In this document: in pieces, positions 37,734 to 48,451 of the stretch
Layout: every line of letters begins with the position of its first letter
Position numbering within the stretch: position 1 is the stretch's first letter
Assembly: GCA_002296525.1 (NCBI GenBank)
Contig: DBIA01000035.1
Coordinates: 22,732-86,731 of the forward strand
Length of the DNA: 64,000 nt
From: Candidatus Neomicrothrix sp. UBA814
GTDB taxonomy: Bacteria; Actinomycetota; Acidimicrobiia; Acidimicrobiales; Poriferisodalaceae
Direction: 5' to 3'
Position numbers and translations under genes: made by a program
Notes under the pieces: generated by a model
The model's database searches: none
What the model saw: only the letters and a program-made list of their open reading frames with translations
What the model was told of the DNA's origin: nothing

Positions 37734-38966
37734 ATGGCAGACGTAGAAGTTGAAGTTGATCCGTATGAAGTCGGAATTGACCCTGTAAGAATCGAAAGCC
37801 TAGGGATGCACCTGGCCAAATATGTTGATGATGGTCGCTTGCCAGGAGTCAACGTGTTGCTTAGTCGGGCGGGCAAGGTCGCGTACCGCTACATGTATGG
37901 ATCCCGAGATCTCGAAAGAGGTCTGCCAGTCGAATCAGACACCATCTATCGCTTCTATTCAATGACAAAGCCGATTACCTCGATAGCAGCGATGCAGTTG
38001 TATGAAAAAGGCTTACTTCAACTCAAAGATCCGATATCTAACTGGATTCCAGGGTTTTCCGACAGCAAAGTCTTCGTGGGTGGTGACGCAATAAATCCAG
38101 AGACGCGCGATGCCACCCGAGAAATCACAGTTCACGACCTGCTGACCCACACCAGTGGACTCACCTATCACTTCCATATGGCCAACGCAGTAGATGAAAT
38201 GTATCGAAGAGCAGGATTCGACTGGACGAGTAGCCCTGGCGATTTAGAGAACCAGTGCAACGTTTTAGCCTCACTCCCGTTGTTGTTTGACCCAGGCACA
38301 GAGTGGAACTATTCGTATTCCACCGATGTGTTAGGGCGGGTTGTAGAAGTAGTCAGCGGGCTCACTCTTGACTCCTACATGGACGAAAACATCTTTCAGC
38401 CCCTGGGAATGGTAGATACTGGATTCTCAGTACCCGACGGTCAAGAGTCCCGGTTCGCTTCTTGTTACTTCCCGCAAGGCGAAAATAAGCAAGCGGCTCT
38501 TCTCGATGACGCTCAGCGGTCGCCATACTTGAGGGAGCCCATTGGCCTCTCAGGTGGTGGAGGACTTGTTTCAACCCTCGCGGATTATCACCGCTTTACA
38601 CAGGCACTGCGAAACAACGGTGTCTTAAATGAACAAAGAATTATTGGTAGGAAGACCCTGCAATTCATGACTAGGAACCACCTGCCCGGAGGGGTCGACC
38701 TAACTCAATACGGTCGACCTTTGTTTTCAGAAACAACCTATGACGGAGTTGGCTTTGGGCTCGGATTCTCGGTCGTCGTAGACCCCACTAAAGCCAAGGT
38801 GTTAAGTCAGGAAGGTGAATACGGTTGGGGAGGGGCAGCATCGACTGCGTTCTGGGTCGATCCGGTAGAGGACTTGACGGTCATTTTCTTAACGCAGTTG
38901 CTGCCGTCGAGCACTCATCCGATAAGACCCGAAATGAAAGCTTTGATATACCAATCCCTTCTCTAA
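37734..38966 (+). CDS. serine hydrolase (class C beta-lactamase / esterase family)
   Basis: SxxK motif YSMTKPITS, YSY-type second motif, and a beta-lactamase fold. I chose the internal ATG at 37734 (GAAGGA upstream). Confidence 0.85.
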   Translation: MADVEVEVDPYEVGIDPVRIESLGMHLAKYVDDGRLPGVNVLLSRAGKVAYRYMYGSRDLERGLPVESDTIYRFYSMTKPITSIAAMQLYEKGLLQLKDPISNWIPGFSDSKVFVGGDAINPETRDATREITVHDLLTHTSGLTYHFHMANAVDEMYRRAGFDWTSSPGDLENQCNVLASLPLLFDPGTEWNYSYSTDVLGRVVEVVSGLTLDSYMDENIFQPLGMVDTGFSVPDGQESRFASCYFPQGENKQAALLDDAQRSPYLREPIGLSGGGGLVSTLADYHRFTQALRNNGVLNEQRIIGRKTLQFMTRNHLPGGVDLTQYGRPLFSETTYDGVGFGLGFSVVVDPTKAKVLSQEGEYGWGGAASTAFWVDPVEDLTVIFLTQLLPSSTHPIRPEMKALIYQSLL

Positions 38967-39121
38967 CCCTGACGTGGTTCACCTGGCGTTAAAGGCTGAC
39001 TTCTAACGTGCATAAATCACTCACCAACTAAGCGGTAGCAAAGTCCACATATAAGGTTCCCGCTGCTTCAGGTGAATCTGAGTGCGGCTTTACCAACTTT
39101 TGCAAGTTACTCTCCTAACTC

Positions 39122-40528
39122 ATGAGCAACGAAGAGACACTCGACTTTGATCTCGTCATAGTTGGCACAGGTTCGGGCAACAGTATTCCCGGGCCGGAAT
39201 TTGATCACTGGAATATAGCGATCATAGAAAAGGGGTTATTTGGAGGCACGTGCCTAAATGTCGGTTGTATCCCTTCAAAGATGTTCGTCTATGCCGCAGA
39301 CGTAGCTGAAACTATCCGCAACTCCTCTAGATATGGCATTCAGGCCGATATCGAAGAAATTAACTGGCCCGCGATTCGCGACCGCGTGTTTGGCCGTATC
39401 GATCCGATAGCCCAAGGCGGAGAGGAGTACCGGCTAGGGGGTGAATGCCCCAATATCACCGTCTTCAGAGGAACAGGCCAACTGGTAGATGAAAAAACGC
39501 TCGAAGTTTCAGGCAGCGACGGTCAAATAACTCGACTCTCCGGACGACATATCGTTTTGGGCGCAGGTGCGCGACCCTTTATCCCTCCATACCCCGGCCT
39601 TGATCAGGTCCCCTTCCACACCTCAGACACGATTATGCGCATCGACTCGCTTCCCCAACGGATGATTATTTTCGGTGGAGGCTATATAGCCGCTGAATTG
39701 GGCCACGTATTCGAAGCCTTTGGTTGTGAAGTAACCATCATCAACCGAGGTGAACGGTTGTTACGCCGAGAAGACGATGACATATCAGTCCGCTTCACCG
39801 AGATAGTGAGCCAGCGGATCGATGTTCGTTGCGGAAGTGAGGTGACGAAAGTTGAACAGGTCGGTAACGGTATTCGTGTTGAGACTCAAAGAAATGAGGC
39901 TGTTGAAATCGTTGAAGGAGACATGCTTCTAGTGGCTGCAGGCCGCGTACCCAATGGTGATTTACTTGGTGCATCGGACGTAGGCATTTCTTGTGAAGAA
40001 GGACGAGTTCTAGTCGACGAGTACTTCCGCACATCTCGCGAAGGGGTATGGGCTTTTGGGGACATCTCTAACGTGCATCAACTCAAACATCTCGCGAATG
40101 CGGAGGTGAGGGCTTTGCGCCAAAACCTTCTGAAGGCAGAGGGAGAAAGAGACGGGCCGATGCTTAGCGTTGATGACAAATTTGTCCCGCACGCAGTTTT
40201 CGGTCACCCTCAAGTTGCTTCAGTGGGCCTTACCGAAAGAGATGCAAAGGAGCAGGGGCTTAGCATTGTCGTGGCACGCAAGGACTATGGGGCGACTGCC
40301 TATGGTTGGGCCATGGAGGACTCTGAGGGCTTTTGTAAATTGATAGTCGACGCCGAAAGCCGGCAACTTTTGGGAGCCCACATCATCGGTCCGCAAGCAT
40401 CGTCTTTGATTCAGTCGCTAGTGCAAGGCATGGAGTTCGGACAAACCGTGGACCAGTTAGCTTCCCAACAGTTCTATATCCATCCAGCTCTGACTGAGGT
40501 CGTAGAAAATGCCCTGTTGGAAGTCTGA
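39122..40528 (+). CDS. pyridine nucleotide-disulfide oxidoreductase, mycothione reductase-like
   Basis: Redox-active disulfide GGTCLNVGCIPSKM, two Rossmann motifs, and a C-terminal dimer-interface HPALTEVVENALL that resembles Mtr as I recall it. Other disulfide substrates cannot be excluded. Confidence 0.6.
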   Translation: MSNEETLDFDLVIVGTGSGNSIPGPEFDHWNIAIIEKGLFGGTCLNVGCIPSKMFVYAADVAETIRNSSRYGIQADIEEINWPAIRDRVFGRIDPIAQGGEEYRLGGECPNITVFRGTGQLVDEKTLEVSGSDGQITRLSGRHIVLGAGARPFIPPYPGLDQVPFHTSDTIMRIDSLPQRMIIFGGGYIAAELGHVFEAFGCEVTIINRGERLLRREDDDISVRFTEIVSQRIDVRCGSEVTKVEQVGNGIRVETQRNEAVEIVEGDMLLVAAGRVPNGDLLGASDVGISCEEGRVLVDEYFRTSREGVWAFGDISNVHQLKHLANAEVRALRQNLLKAEGERDGPMLSVDDKFVPHAVFGHPQVASVGLTERDAKEQGLSIVVARKDYGATAYGWAMEDSEGFCKLIVDAESRQLLGAHIIGPQASSLIQSLVQGMEFGQTVDQLASQQFYIHPALTEVVENALLEV

Positions 40529-40542
40529 CTTCAACTACGTCG

Positions 40543-41505
40543 CTACTCGGCGCTCAGATTGATCTCCCAAAGAACCTGATCAAGGCAATCCCCAGCTGAC
40601 ATAGTCGGAAAGTTGCAAGGGCGTTCCGGCGAAACTGTTGAGGGAATAGGTGACAGGATCGTCCAGGGCGTGGGATGGCAGAACTGAACAACGCTCAGCC
40701 GTCCTTCGAGTTGGTCCTTGTCTGCTACGACCCGATGCCATCCAACCGGCACGAGTCCGTTCGTCAATCGTTCAAGCATGATGCCGGTGTTGATGATTAC
40801 ATGCCCATCAGGCGGTGCAGCGTCAACCCACTCGTCTTCGACCTTGACCTGAAGACCCCGTGCGGTAGCGCGGGGAAGGGCAGTAATCAGATTGATATCT
40901 CCATGTTCCTCTGCCCATACGTGCCCGCCGTTACCGCTGCCAGGGGCTTCACCCATCGGCGGGTATTGAATTGCTCGAGTCAGGTGCGAGCCATGCTGAA
41001 GCATTGTGTCGAAATAGTTTTCATTTGCGCCAACACCAGTGGCAATGATTCTCAAGAAACGAGTCTGCAGTTCAACCAGACACTCGTGGAAATGAGTCAA
41101 GATTTCTGCAGCGTTAGATATATGTCGAGATGGGAAGACTGGGTCACCGTAGCGATGGGGATAACGCTCTCTTAAGGGGTGGCCTGAGGGCAAAGCTGTT
41201 CCCCAATTCAACATCTCCTTCCAATCTGGAGTGTCGGAAATAGCGGCGGTTTCAACCAGAAGGCCGGTATAACCAGTTTGTCCTCTTGCGCCAGACGCCA
41301 CATATTCTTCTTTTATCTCGGTGGGAAGGGCGAAAAATTCTGAGAGCACATCGTAAGTTTCGTCGAGCATGTTTTCGGAAAGATCATGCTTGGTGTACAC
41401 GAACCCTGTGCTTAAGCTTCGCATGACTCCGTCGATGGTGGCGAGACGGTCCTTGGCGCTTCCACGTTCAAAGGCGAGAAGATCAACGTCGAGAATTTCA
41501 GTCAT
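40543..41505 (-). CDS. 2OG-Fe(II) oxygenase (isopenicillin N synthase-like family)
   Basis: HxD (EHGDIN), distal His (GWHRV), RxS (RLSVV), and an N-terminal non-haem dioxygenase domain. Confidence 0.8.
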   Translation of the reverse strand: MTEILDVDLLAFERGSAKDRLATIDGVMRSLSTGFVYTKHDLSENMLDETYDVLSEFFALPTEIKEEYVASGARGQTGYTGLLVETAAISDTPDWKEMLNWGTALPSGHPLRERYPHRYGDPVFPSRHISNAAEILTHFHECLVELQTRFLRIIATGVGANENYFDTMLQHGSHLTRAIQYPPMGEAPGSGNGGHVWAEEHGDINLITALPRATARGLQVKVEDEWVDAAPPDGHVIINTGIMLERLTNGLVPVGWHRVVADKDQLEGRLSVVQFCHPTPWTILSPIPSTVSPERPCNFPTMSAGDCLDQVLWEINLSAE

Positions 41506-41531
41506 TAAGTGCCAAGGTATGTGGAAATGGC

Positions 41532-42107
41532 TCAGTTGTCAGTCAGTTTTTCGCTTAACCACCGCTCGTAACGCTCGCTATCGGTCCATGCGCCCGTAGC
41601 GACGTCGAATTTCTGAGCGGGTTGAAGCATCAATGAAATAGAGCCGCCTCGGGCTTCGGAGCTGGAAACAAGTTCAAGGCCAGAAGCTATGGGCAGTTCT
41701 AGCTCAGAGGGTGTTTCGAACGGTTCTCTGGGAGCGACCGCGACCTTCGGAAGAGTAGACAGGACCGAGTCTCGCAAGCCTGGGTTGTTGTCGTAGAAAA
41801 CTGGATCCTGAATTTGGTGCCACTTGTCGGCTCCCATGATCAGCAGGTCATATCCGAGCGCAATATCTGCGAGTAGCTGCTTCTCAGTCACTTTTACTTT
41901 GAGCCACTCAAACTCCTTAGCTACCTCGTGCAATACTGCGAGGCGATGCTCGAATAATGGCCGCACAACTTCTTCTTTGGCCAATGCGATACGACTAACC
42001 GTCCACACGACAGTGTCAACGTTGCAGTGTGTTATAGCTGCTTCGGAGATGGCTAGATGGGCAATGGTTGGGGGGTTGAAAGAGCCCGGGTACACAGCTA
42101 TTGCCAT
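41532..42107 (-). CDS. NadD/NMNAT-like nucleotidyltransferase (cytidylyltransferase superfamily)
   Basis: GSFNPPTIAHL (a variant of the GxFxPxHxGH motif) and a C-terminal VSSSEAR (ISSTxxR-like). 191 aa. Confidence 0.6.
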   Translation of the reverse strand: MAIAVYPGSFNPPTIAHLAISEAAITHCNVDTVVWTVSRIALAKEEVVRPLFEHRLAVLHEVAKEFEWLKVKVTEKQLLADIALGYDLLIMGADKWHQIQDPVFYDNNPGLRDSVLSTLPKVAVAPREPFETPSELELPIASGLELVSSSEARGGSISLMLQPAQKFDVATGAWTDSERYERWLSEKLTDN

Positions 42108-42108
42108 A

Positions 42109-42822
42109 TCAAACGCGTCTGCCGGTCAAGGCTTTCAAAACACGGGGGTTGCCGCCGAGTTGCATCTCAATGTCTCTGCTAATTCCGTGAGCGAGGTTGT
42201 CCCACATTCGATCTAAGAGCTGAGCTTCGCGAATATCTCGTTGTGACACCTCTCTGGCGGTGCAAGCCCGTAACAGTTTCTCGCAGTGTTGCTTGATCCC
42301 GACCAAGGCGACTACTAGGGCCAGATCAAGAGGTGCCGAACCGGCTTTGCGAGCGAGTTGTGATTTACTTTTGATGTCGCTCCCCAAACCTCGGACTATA
42401 GATTCAGCGAGATCCGCATAAGTTTCTTTGGGGCACTTGTGTCGTGTAGCGAGCGCGCGAGTTGCGCTCTTCGCTGACTCCAAGCCGAGCCGGGTTGACT
42501 GGCGACGTAAGCTCTCGAACCACTTTGCTTTAGCACTGCGATGGACGCCGGTAGGCGGTCGCGGTTTCTGTGGCGCATCAGAAGTGTCAGTGCGCCGCAA
42601 AGATTGGTCGTATTTGAATCTTCGATCCGGGTCCGAGAGGATGAACCATGCTCGATTTAGCTGCTGCATTTTTGACGAGTTGCCGGCGTTTCGGTCGGGG
42701 TGATAGCTAAATGCAAGCTTTCGGTAAGCCCTCTTCAGCTCTTGCTGGGAGACAGTTGAAGCCACGCCGAACTGCTCATACAGCGATCCCTGATTAGTGG
42801 TCATAGATGAACTGTCGGTCAT
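42109..42822 (-). CDS. J-domain protein with uncharacterised C-terminal region
   Basis: J-domain LYEQFGV...ELKRAYRKLAFSYHPDRN (HPD motif). No Gly/Phe region or zinc-finger of classical DnaJ. 237 aa. Confidence 0.8.
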   Translation of the reverse strand: MTDSSSMTTNQGSLYEQFGVASTVSQQELKRAYRKLAFSYHPDRNAGNSSKMQQLNRAWFILSDPDRRFKYDQSLRRTDTSDAPQKPRPPTGVHRSAKAKWFESLRRQSTRLGLESAKSATRALATRHKCPKETYADLAESIVRGLGSDIKSKSQLARKAGSAPLDLALVVALVGIKQHCEKLLRACTAREVSQRDIREAQLLDRMWDNLAHGISRDIEMQLGGNPRVLKALTGRRV

Positions 42823-42825
42823 GGT

Positions 42826-43884
42826 TCAGTTCCTAAGGGTTATCTGCCCTGCTGTGCCGCTTTGCAGGCCGCCGATAATTTCTGCCATGTGACCACCATC
42901 ACGCAGCTCGGTCACGGCCTCCGTAGCTGCAGCCGGATCGCAAGAAAACAAAAGCCCTCCGGAAGTTTGAGCATCGCACATGATCAAACGGTCAGTGCGT
43001 GACCCCCCTGATAAGTGGGGCTCTAAATGGTCGAGATTTCTTTCGGTGCCTCCGGCCACAAAACCTTCTTCGACGAGATCGGCAACACCGGGCAACCTAG
43101 GTACGGCCTCGATGTCAACGAATGCCGACAGTCCACTAGCGGAAAGCAACTCGTGTAAATGTCCAAGGAGGCCGAAACCGGTGACATCAGTAGCGGCCGA
43201 CGCTTTAACTTGCAGGGCAGCTTCAGCGGCGGCTGCATTCAGTCGTGTCATCTCACGCACACCAGCTGTATAAATCGCTTGTAGTCGACCTCCCTCTTGG
43301 GTTGCCTCTGGGTCGGAACGTTTGAGAGCAGTAGCGAGAAAGCCGGTTCCTAATGGTTTAGTCAAAACCAATGCGTGTCCCTCGCGCCCACCACTATTGG
43401 TGAGAGCGGAATTTTCGTCGACCTCACCTACAAGAGACATTCCGTACATCGGCTCGGGTCCGTCAACGGTATGCCCGCCTGCTACTACCCAGCCACCGTT
43501 GGTCGCCGATTCGTGGCCACCGATGAGTACTTCACTTAAGATCTCTAACGGAAGTTCGTCACGAGGCCATGCGACCAAATTGAGCGCAAATAAGGGCTTC
43601 CCACCCATTGCGTAGACGTCGCTAACAGCGTTAGCCGCTGCGATTTGGCCCCAGATTTTGGGGTCGTCAACTATTGGTGTAAAGAAGTCAGCTGTCGCAA
43701 CTAAAGCAGTGCCATCAGGCCGTCGCCAGACGGCGGCATCGTCGTTATGTTCCGTTCCAACTAAGAGGTCGGGGTGATGGGTAGTGGGTAAATGACGCAA
43801 CACGTGCGCCAGGTCGCTAGGGCCTAATTTGCAAGCTCAACCAGCACCGTGGCTGTATTGGGTTAGTCGGATCAAACTTGTCAC
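42826..43884 (-). CDS. selD: selenide, water dikinase (selenophosphate synthetase), selenocysteine-containing form (in-frame UGA at 43839..43837)
   Basis: The ORF-track part (from 43803) matches SelD (DDAAV, FFTPIVDDPxxxGxIAAANAxSDVYAMGGKP). The same frame upstream reads V/M-TSLIRLTQYSHGAG-TGA-ACKLGPSDLAH, the canonical SelD N-terminal loop with UGA at the Cys/Sec position. Candidate starts are GTG 43884 or TTG 43875. Confidence 0.85.
43793..43811 (-). promoter_or_regulatory. candidate bacterial SECIS hairpin for selD
   Basis: The mRNA UGGCGCA-CGUGU-UGCGUCA forms 7 bp including one G:U, with a GU-containing 5-nt loop, 26-44 nt 3' of the UGA. Hand-folded only. Confidence 0.35.
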
Positions 43885-43907
43885 AGCACCAAGGTAGCTC
43901 TATCCGG

Positions 43908-44837
43908 CTACTCGGCCGTATATGTGCGCATGGTCTCAAAGAAAATATTCATGCCGCGATCGCGATCTATGGCGTAACCAACCTGACAGTTCAACGGCTG
44001 GTTGTCCCAGCCTCTCTCGTCTACGACGGTCATACCAGTGGTGTGCCTTCCTTCGGTTTCGACGCGTACAGTTCGAGGCTCGAAAGTAAATATTTCTGGG
44101 TGAGTGACCGCGAGGATTGCGCATGGGTCGTGTAGCGGGACCCGCTGCCCGCTAGTCCTTTTCTGATATGAGGAGAGGTAGAAGTCGAAAAGGTCAGCGG
44201 CGAATATTGCCACTGGATTGTTGATCTCGCGTAGGCCAACGATGGTGTCTTCGTCGATACCAAATTGGTGTGTCAGATTTAGTCCAGCCATCAGGAACCG
44301 TTCGAACCCGGCGTTGAAAACTATCGCTGCGGCATGAGGGTCGGCCCAAACGTTGAATTCCGCAGTAGGCGTCACATTTCCTGCCCCAGCGCTTCCACCC
44401 ATAATGGAGATCCCAGCAACACGCTGAACTATGTCAGGAGCTTGCTGAACCGCTAACGCTATGTTGGTCAGGGGGCCAATCGGAACAAGCCACACGTCGT
44501 CGTTATTTCGGATGGTCTCAATGAGAAAACGCACTGCGTCGGAGCTTGCAGACGAACGCGTTACTGCCGGACGAACTGGCCCATCTAGCCCGGTCTTTCC
44601 ATGAGCCTCTTCAGCATGGCGAGCCGCAACCAGCAGAGGTTTTTCGGCCCCCGCGTGTATCTCGACGTTAAGTCCCACTAATTCAGCCAAAAGGAGAGCA
44701 TTATCGGTTGTTAGGTCGAGGGGAGCATTCCCAGACACCGTTGTGATTCCTAGGACCTCGGTTAAGTCAGCTGCCATCATTATTGCTATGGCATCGTCGT
44801 GTCCCGGATCACAATCGATGATTACTTTGGGTCTCAT
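43908..44837 (-). CDS. nucleoside hydrolase (inosine-uridine preferring family)
   Basis: N-terminal Ca-binding motif VIIDCDPGHDDAIAIMMA. The internal ATG at 44837 forms an ATGA overlap with the upstream gene's stop. Confidence 0.88.
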   Translation of the reverse strand: MRPKVIIDCDPGHDDAIAIMMAADLTEVLGITTVSGNAPLDLTTDNALLLAELVGLNVEIHAGAEKPLLVAARHAEEAHGKTGLDGPVRPAVTRSSASSDAVRFLIETIRNNDDVWLVPIGPLTNIALAVQQAPDIVQRVAGISIMGGSAGAGNVTPTAEFNVWADPHAAAIVFNAGFERFLMAGLNLTHQFGIDEDTIVGLREINNPVAIFAADLFDFYLSSYQKRTSGQRVPLHDPCAILAVTHPEIFTFEPRTVRVETEGRHTTGMTVVDERGWDNQPLNCQVGYAIDRDRGMNIFFETMRTYTAE

Positions 44838-45550
44838 AGACGCCTCATTCCCGGTCCGTTCTCGTTTGTTGCACCCCAATAATGGGGGAGACGTAGGTAG
44901 CCAACTCGAGGTAAGTCAATATTGGGGGAAAGTCCCTGATAAATCTTAAGCCGCTGAATGGTTCGAATATGACTGAGCATTTCGTAGAAAACCATCCATA
45001 GAGAGCCTTCCAGGGTATAAACGATCTGCGAGTTGTCTTCTGGGCTGACGGCAGCACCTCGAGGCAAAGTGGTGATCACATATTCCCAGAATTGTGTTCC
45101 TCGCACGGTTTTGATCTCAGATCGGAAAGTCTCTGTACCTTCCTGTTCTACGAGGCGAGTAAGCCAACTAATTCCCAAGTTGAGTTTGTCTAACAGGTCG
45201 GGAACTTCCCAAAAAAGCTCGGGATCAAGGAAACGGTCCCACTTATTGTTAGGGCCCATTTGATGCTCGCCCCAGTTGATTGGATCTGGGGTGGCCTCGT
45301 CGGGCCACAACAGGTGGCCAGCTCTTCTCTTGGTGAACACAAGGGCATCCCAGGCGATGTGAGAGACCTGGCGTCTACACGACCACCACATCCACTCCCT
45401 TTCAGGTGATGGATCATGAAAGTCGAGCTGATCGTCTGTTAGGCCTTCAATCTCCGCCTCAACCCAACTGGCAATATGTGGGTACCAAGGCATAGCCCCC
45501 GAAGTTTCCTCCGTTGGCATTTCGAGAATGTCGGATCTAGTCAAGGCCAT
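44834..45550 (-). CDS. hypothetical protein (possibly a DinB-like helical bundle)
   Basis: 238 aa, Trp-rich, with spaced His residues (VSHIAW, MLSHIRT). The family assignment is tentative. Confidence 0.35.
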   Translation of the reverse strand: MALTRSDILEMPTEETSGAMPWYPHIASWVEAEIEGLTDDQLDFHDPSPEREWMWWSCRRQVSHIAWDALVFTKRRAGHLLWPDEATPDPINWGEHQMGPNNKWDRFLDPELFWEVPDLLDKLNLGISWLTRLVEQEGTETFRSEIKTVRGTQFWEYVITTLPRGAAVSPEDNSQIVYTLEGSLWMVFYEMLSHIRTIQRLKIYQGLSPNIDLPRVGYLRLPHYWGATNENGPGMRRL

Positions 45551-45586
45551 GCTGAAACGCTAGTCGTGACACAACCGGCGAAGAGA

Positions 45587-48445
45587 TCAGATCGACAGAT
45601 CTTCAAACGCTCGAGGGTCCGGGCAACTGCAGACCAGGTTCCGGTCGCCGTGGGCGCCATCGATCCTGCTAACGGGAGGCCAATATTTATCCAAGCGGAT
45701 TGAACTTAATGGGTAAGCCGCTTCTTCTCTGCTGTAGGGATGCTCCCAATTACTAGCTGTCACATCCTCTGCTGTGTGGGGCGAGTTGCGCAATGGATTA
45801 TCTTCCATGGTCCATTCGCCCGATTCAATTTTCGATATTTCTTTACGTATTTCGATCATGGCATCACAGAATCGATCAATTTCTTCTTTGGATTCGCTCT
45901 CGGTCGGTTCCACCATCAAAGTTCCAGCGACTGGGAAGGACATTGTCGGAGCGTGGAACCCATAGTCAATGAGTCTCTTAGCAACATCATCAACGCTCAC
46001 GAATTCGGAATGGGCACGTAAATCCAGGATGCATTCATGGGCTATCAGACCGTTTTGGCCGCGGAACAGCACCGGGTAGCTGTCTTGGAGCCGCGAGGCA
46101 ACGTAATTAGCGTTCAAGATCGCGACCGAAGTCGCCTGTCTTAAGCCGTCAGCTCCCATCATGGCTATGTACATCCAAGGGATGGGGAGAATTCCAGCTG
46201 AGCCCCAAGGAGCCGCAGCTATAGCGCCACTACCTGAGGCCGGACCAGCTTCGGGGATAAGAGGATGGTTTGGTAAAAAGGCCGCAAGATGCTCTTTCGT
46301 CGCGACGGGTCCAATGCCGGGGCCGCCGCCACCATGGGGGATGCAAAAGGTCTTGTGAAGGTTTAGATGACTTACATCAGCCCCAAAAGCTCCAGGGGCC
46401 GCGAGTCCTACCAAGGCATTGAGATTGGCGCCATCGACGTAAACCTGACCGCCGGCCTCATGAACTAGGTGACAAATTTCACTGATTCCTACTTCGAAAA
46501 CTCCATGTGTCGACGGGTAGGTAACCATGATCGCTGCGAGCTCACTTTTGTGATTAGCGATTTTTTCTCGAAGGTCTTGCAGCGATATATCACCATTTTC
46601 AGCGCAATCCACGACGACCACTCTCAGGCCAGCCATGACGGCCGAAGCAGCATTGGTCCCATGTGCGGAGGAAGGAATCAGGCATACATCTCGACTCTCA
46701 TCACCTTGCGCCTCGTGGTAGCGCTTGATTGCAAGCAGACCAGCAAATTCCCCTTGTGAACCCGCGTTGGGTTGGAGAGATATCGCGTCGTAGCCAGTGC
46801 ACTCAAGCAGCCATTCTTCTAAATCTGAGATCAATTCCATATAGCCCTGAGCTTGATCAAGTGGAGCAAAGGGGTGAATATCGGAGAAGTCGGCCCAAGT
46901 GATCGGTTCCATTTCAGTTGTTGCGTTCAACTTCATGGTGCAGCTGCCTAGAGGGATCATGCCTCGGTCAAGAGCTATGTCCTTGTCTGACAAACGACGG
47001 ATATATCTGAGCATTTCGGTTTCGGATTTGTGGGTATTGAAAACGGCATGAGTCAGAAAATCTGACGATCGTCTCAGTGGCTCCTTGATCCCTGAATCCG
47101 GAACGATTTCCTTAAGGCCTCGGTCGTGTTCTGAGAAGCATCGTAATAGAGCCTCAATGAGCGCTGTATCGCAGGTCTCATCTAAGGCAATGCCGACTAC
47201 ATCTGCATTTACAAAATGCAGATTGAAGCCCTCCTTGAGGGCACGGGCGACGATGTCAGATGCTTGGCCAGGCGCCGACACCCTCAGGGTGTCAAAAAAG
47301 GATTCGTTCAATACTGGAAAGCCGACGCCCTGTAAGCCCAACGCCAACTTTGATGTCAGGTCGTGGACACGCGTGGCAATCGCCCGCAGCCCATCGGGGC
47401 CATGCCAAACTGCGTACATTGACGCAATGACAGCTAAAAGTACCTGAGCGGTGCAGATATTGCTCGTAGCTTTTTCTCGTCGAATATGTTGCTCTCGAGT
47501 TTGTAATGCCAGCCGAGTGGCTGGCCTCCCTGCACTGTCGACTGATACGCCCACTAAACGACCAGGAAGAGCCCGCTTGTGGCTCTCCCGTGCGGCGAGG
47601 TAACCGGCATGAGGCCCTCCGAAGCCCAAAGGCACTCCGAAGCGTTGTGAGGTGCCAACAACCAGATCTGCTCCTAATTCTCCGGGAGGGGTGATCAGGC
47701 AAAGCGCTAGAAGATCTGAGGCGACACACAAGAGACCATCACCTTTGTGGAGATTCTCAGCGACCGGCCGGATATCGCGAATTTCCCCAGAAGAGCCTGG
47801 ATATTGAACGAGCGCCCCATAACACTCGCTGTTGTCCAGGTCTTTCCAGGCATCCCCAATTTTTATTTGAATCCCAAGTGCTTGTGCTCGAGTTCGAACC
47901 ACGTCGATGGTTTGGGGGTGACAATCGGAATCAACGAAAAATTTTTGCGCCCCACTTTTGGTTAAGCGACGTGCCATTGTCATTGCTTCAGCCGCCGCCG
48001 TGCTCTCATCAAGCAACGAACTGTTAGCAATCTCCATACCGGTCAGTTCGCAAACCACCGTCTGGTAATTGAGGAGCGCTTCGAGTCGGCCCTGACTTAT
48101 TTCAGGTTGATATGGGGTGTAAGCGGTATACCAAGCCGGATTTTCCAACACTCGGCGAATGACTACGGCTGGGGTGACGGTGTTGTAGTAGCCGAGACCG
48201 ATCAAAGATTTAACGGTTCTATTTTTTTGTGCTATCCCGCGGATTCTGTCGATTGCTTCAACCTCGGTGAGTGGCGTCGGGAGGTTGAGTGGCTTGGTGT
48301 TTCGAATCGTTTCCGGCAGAGCTGCATCAGTAAGCGCTTCAAGGTCTGAGTAGCCAACCGACTTCAGCATTGCCTGGATGTCCTCTTCGCGAGGACCGAT
48401 GTGCCGATCAACAAAACTATTTTCCGGCGCAGGAACAGTAGTCAT
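45587..48445 (-). CDS. gcvP: glycine dehydrogenase (decarboxylating), single-chain P protein
   Basis: 952 aa. FVDRHIGP N-terminus, the PLP-lysine region [19 protein letters not shown], and duplicated aminotransferase-like halves. Confidence 0.95.
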   Translation of the reverse strand: MTTVPAPENSFVDRHIGPREEDIQAMLKSVGYSDLEALTDAALPETIRNTKPLNLPTPLTEVEAIDRIRGIAQKNRTVKSLIGLGYYNTVTPAVVIRRVLENPAWYTAYTPYQPEISQGRLEALLNYQTVVCELTGMEIANSSLLDESTAAAEAMTMARRLTKSGAQKFFVDSDCHPQTIDVVRTRAQALGIQIKIGDAWKDLDNSECYGALVQYPGSSGEIRDIRPVAENLHKGDGLLCVASDLLALCLITPPGELGADLVVGTSQRFGVPLGFGGPHAGYLAARESHKRALPGRLVGVSVDSAGRPATRLALQTREQHIRREKATSNICTAQVLLAVIASMYAVWHGPDGLRAIATRVHDLTSKLALGLQGVGFPVLNESFFDTLRVSAPGQASDIVARALKEGFNLHFVNADVVGIALDETCDTALIEALLRCFSEHDRGLKEIVPDSGIKEPLRRSSDFLTHAVFNTHKSETEMLRYIRRLSDKDIALDRGMIPLGSCTMKLNATTEMEPITWADFSDIHPFAPLDQAQGYMELISDLEEWLLECTGYDAISLQPNAGSQGEFAGLLAIKRYHEAQGDESRDVCLIPSSAHGTNAASAVMAGLRVVVVDCAENGDISLQDLREKIANHKSELAAIMVTYPSTHGVFEVGISEICHLVHEAGGQVYVDGANLNALVGLAAPGAFGADVSHLNLHKTFCIPHGGGGPGIGPVATKEHLAAFLPNHPLIPEAGPASGSGAIAAAPWGSAGILPIPWMYIAMMGADGLRQATSVAILNANYVASRLQDSYPVLFRGQNGLIAHECILDLRAHSEFVSVDDVAKRLIDYGFHAPTMSFPVAGTLMVEPTESESKEEIDRFCDAMIEIRKEISKIESGEWTMEDNPLRNSPHTAEDVTASNWEHPYSREEAAYPLSSIRLDKYWPPVSRIDGAHGDRNLVCSCPDPRAFEDLSI

Positions 48446-48451
48446 AAGGTC

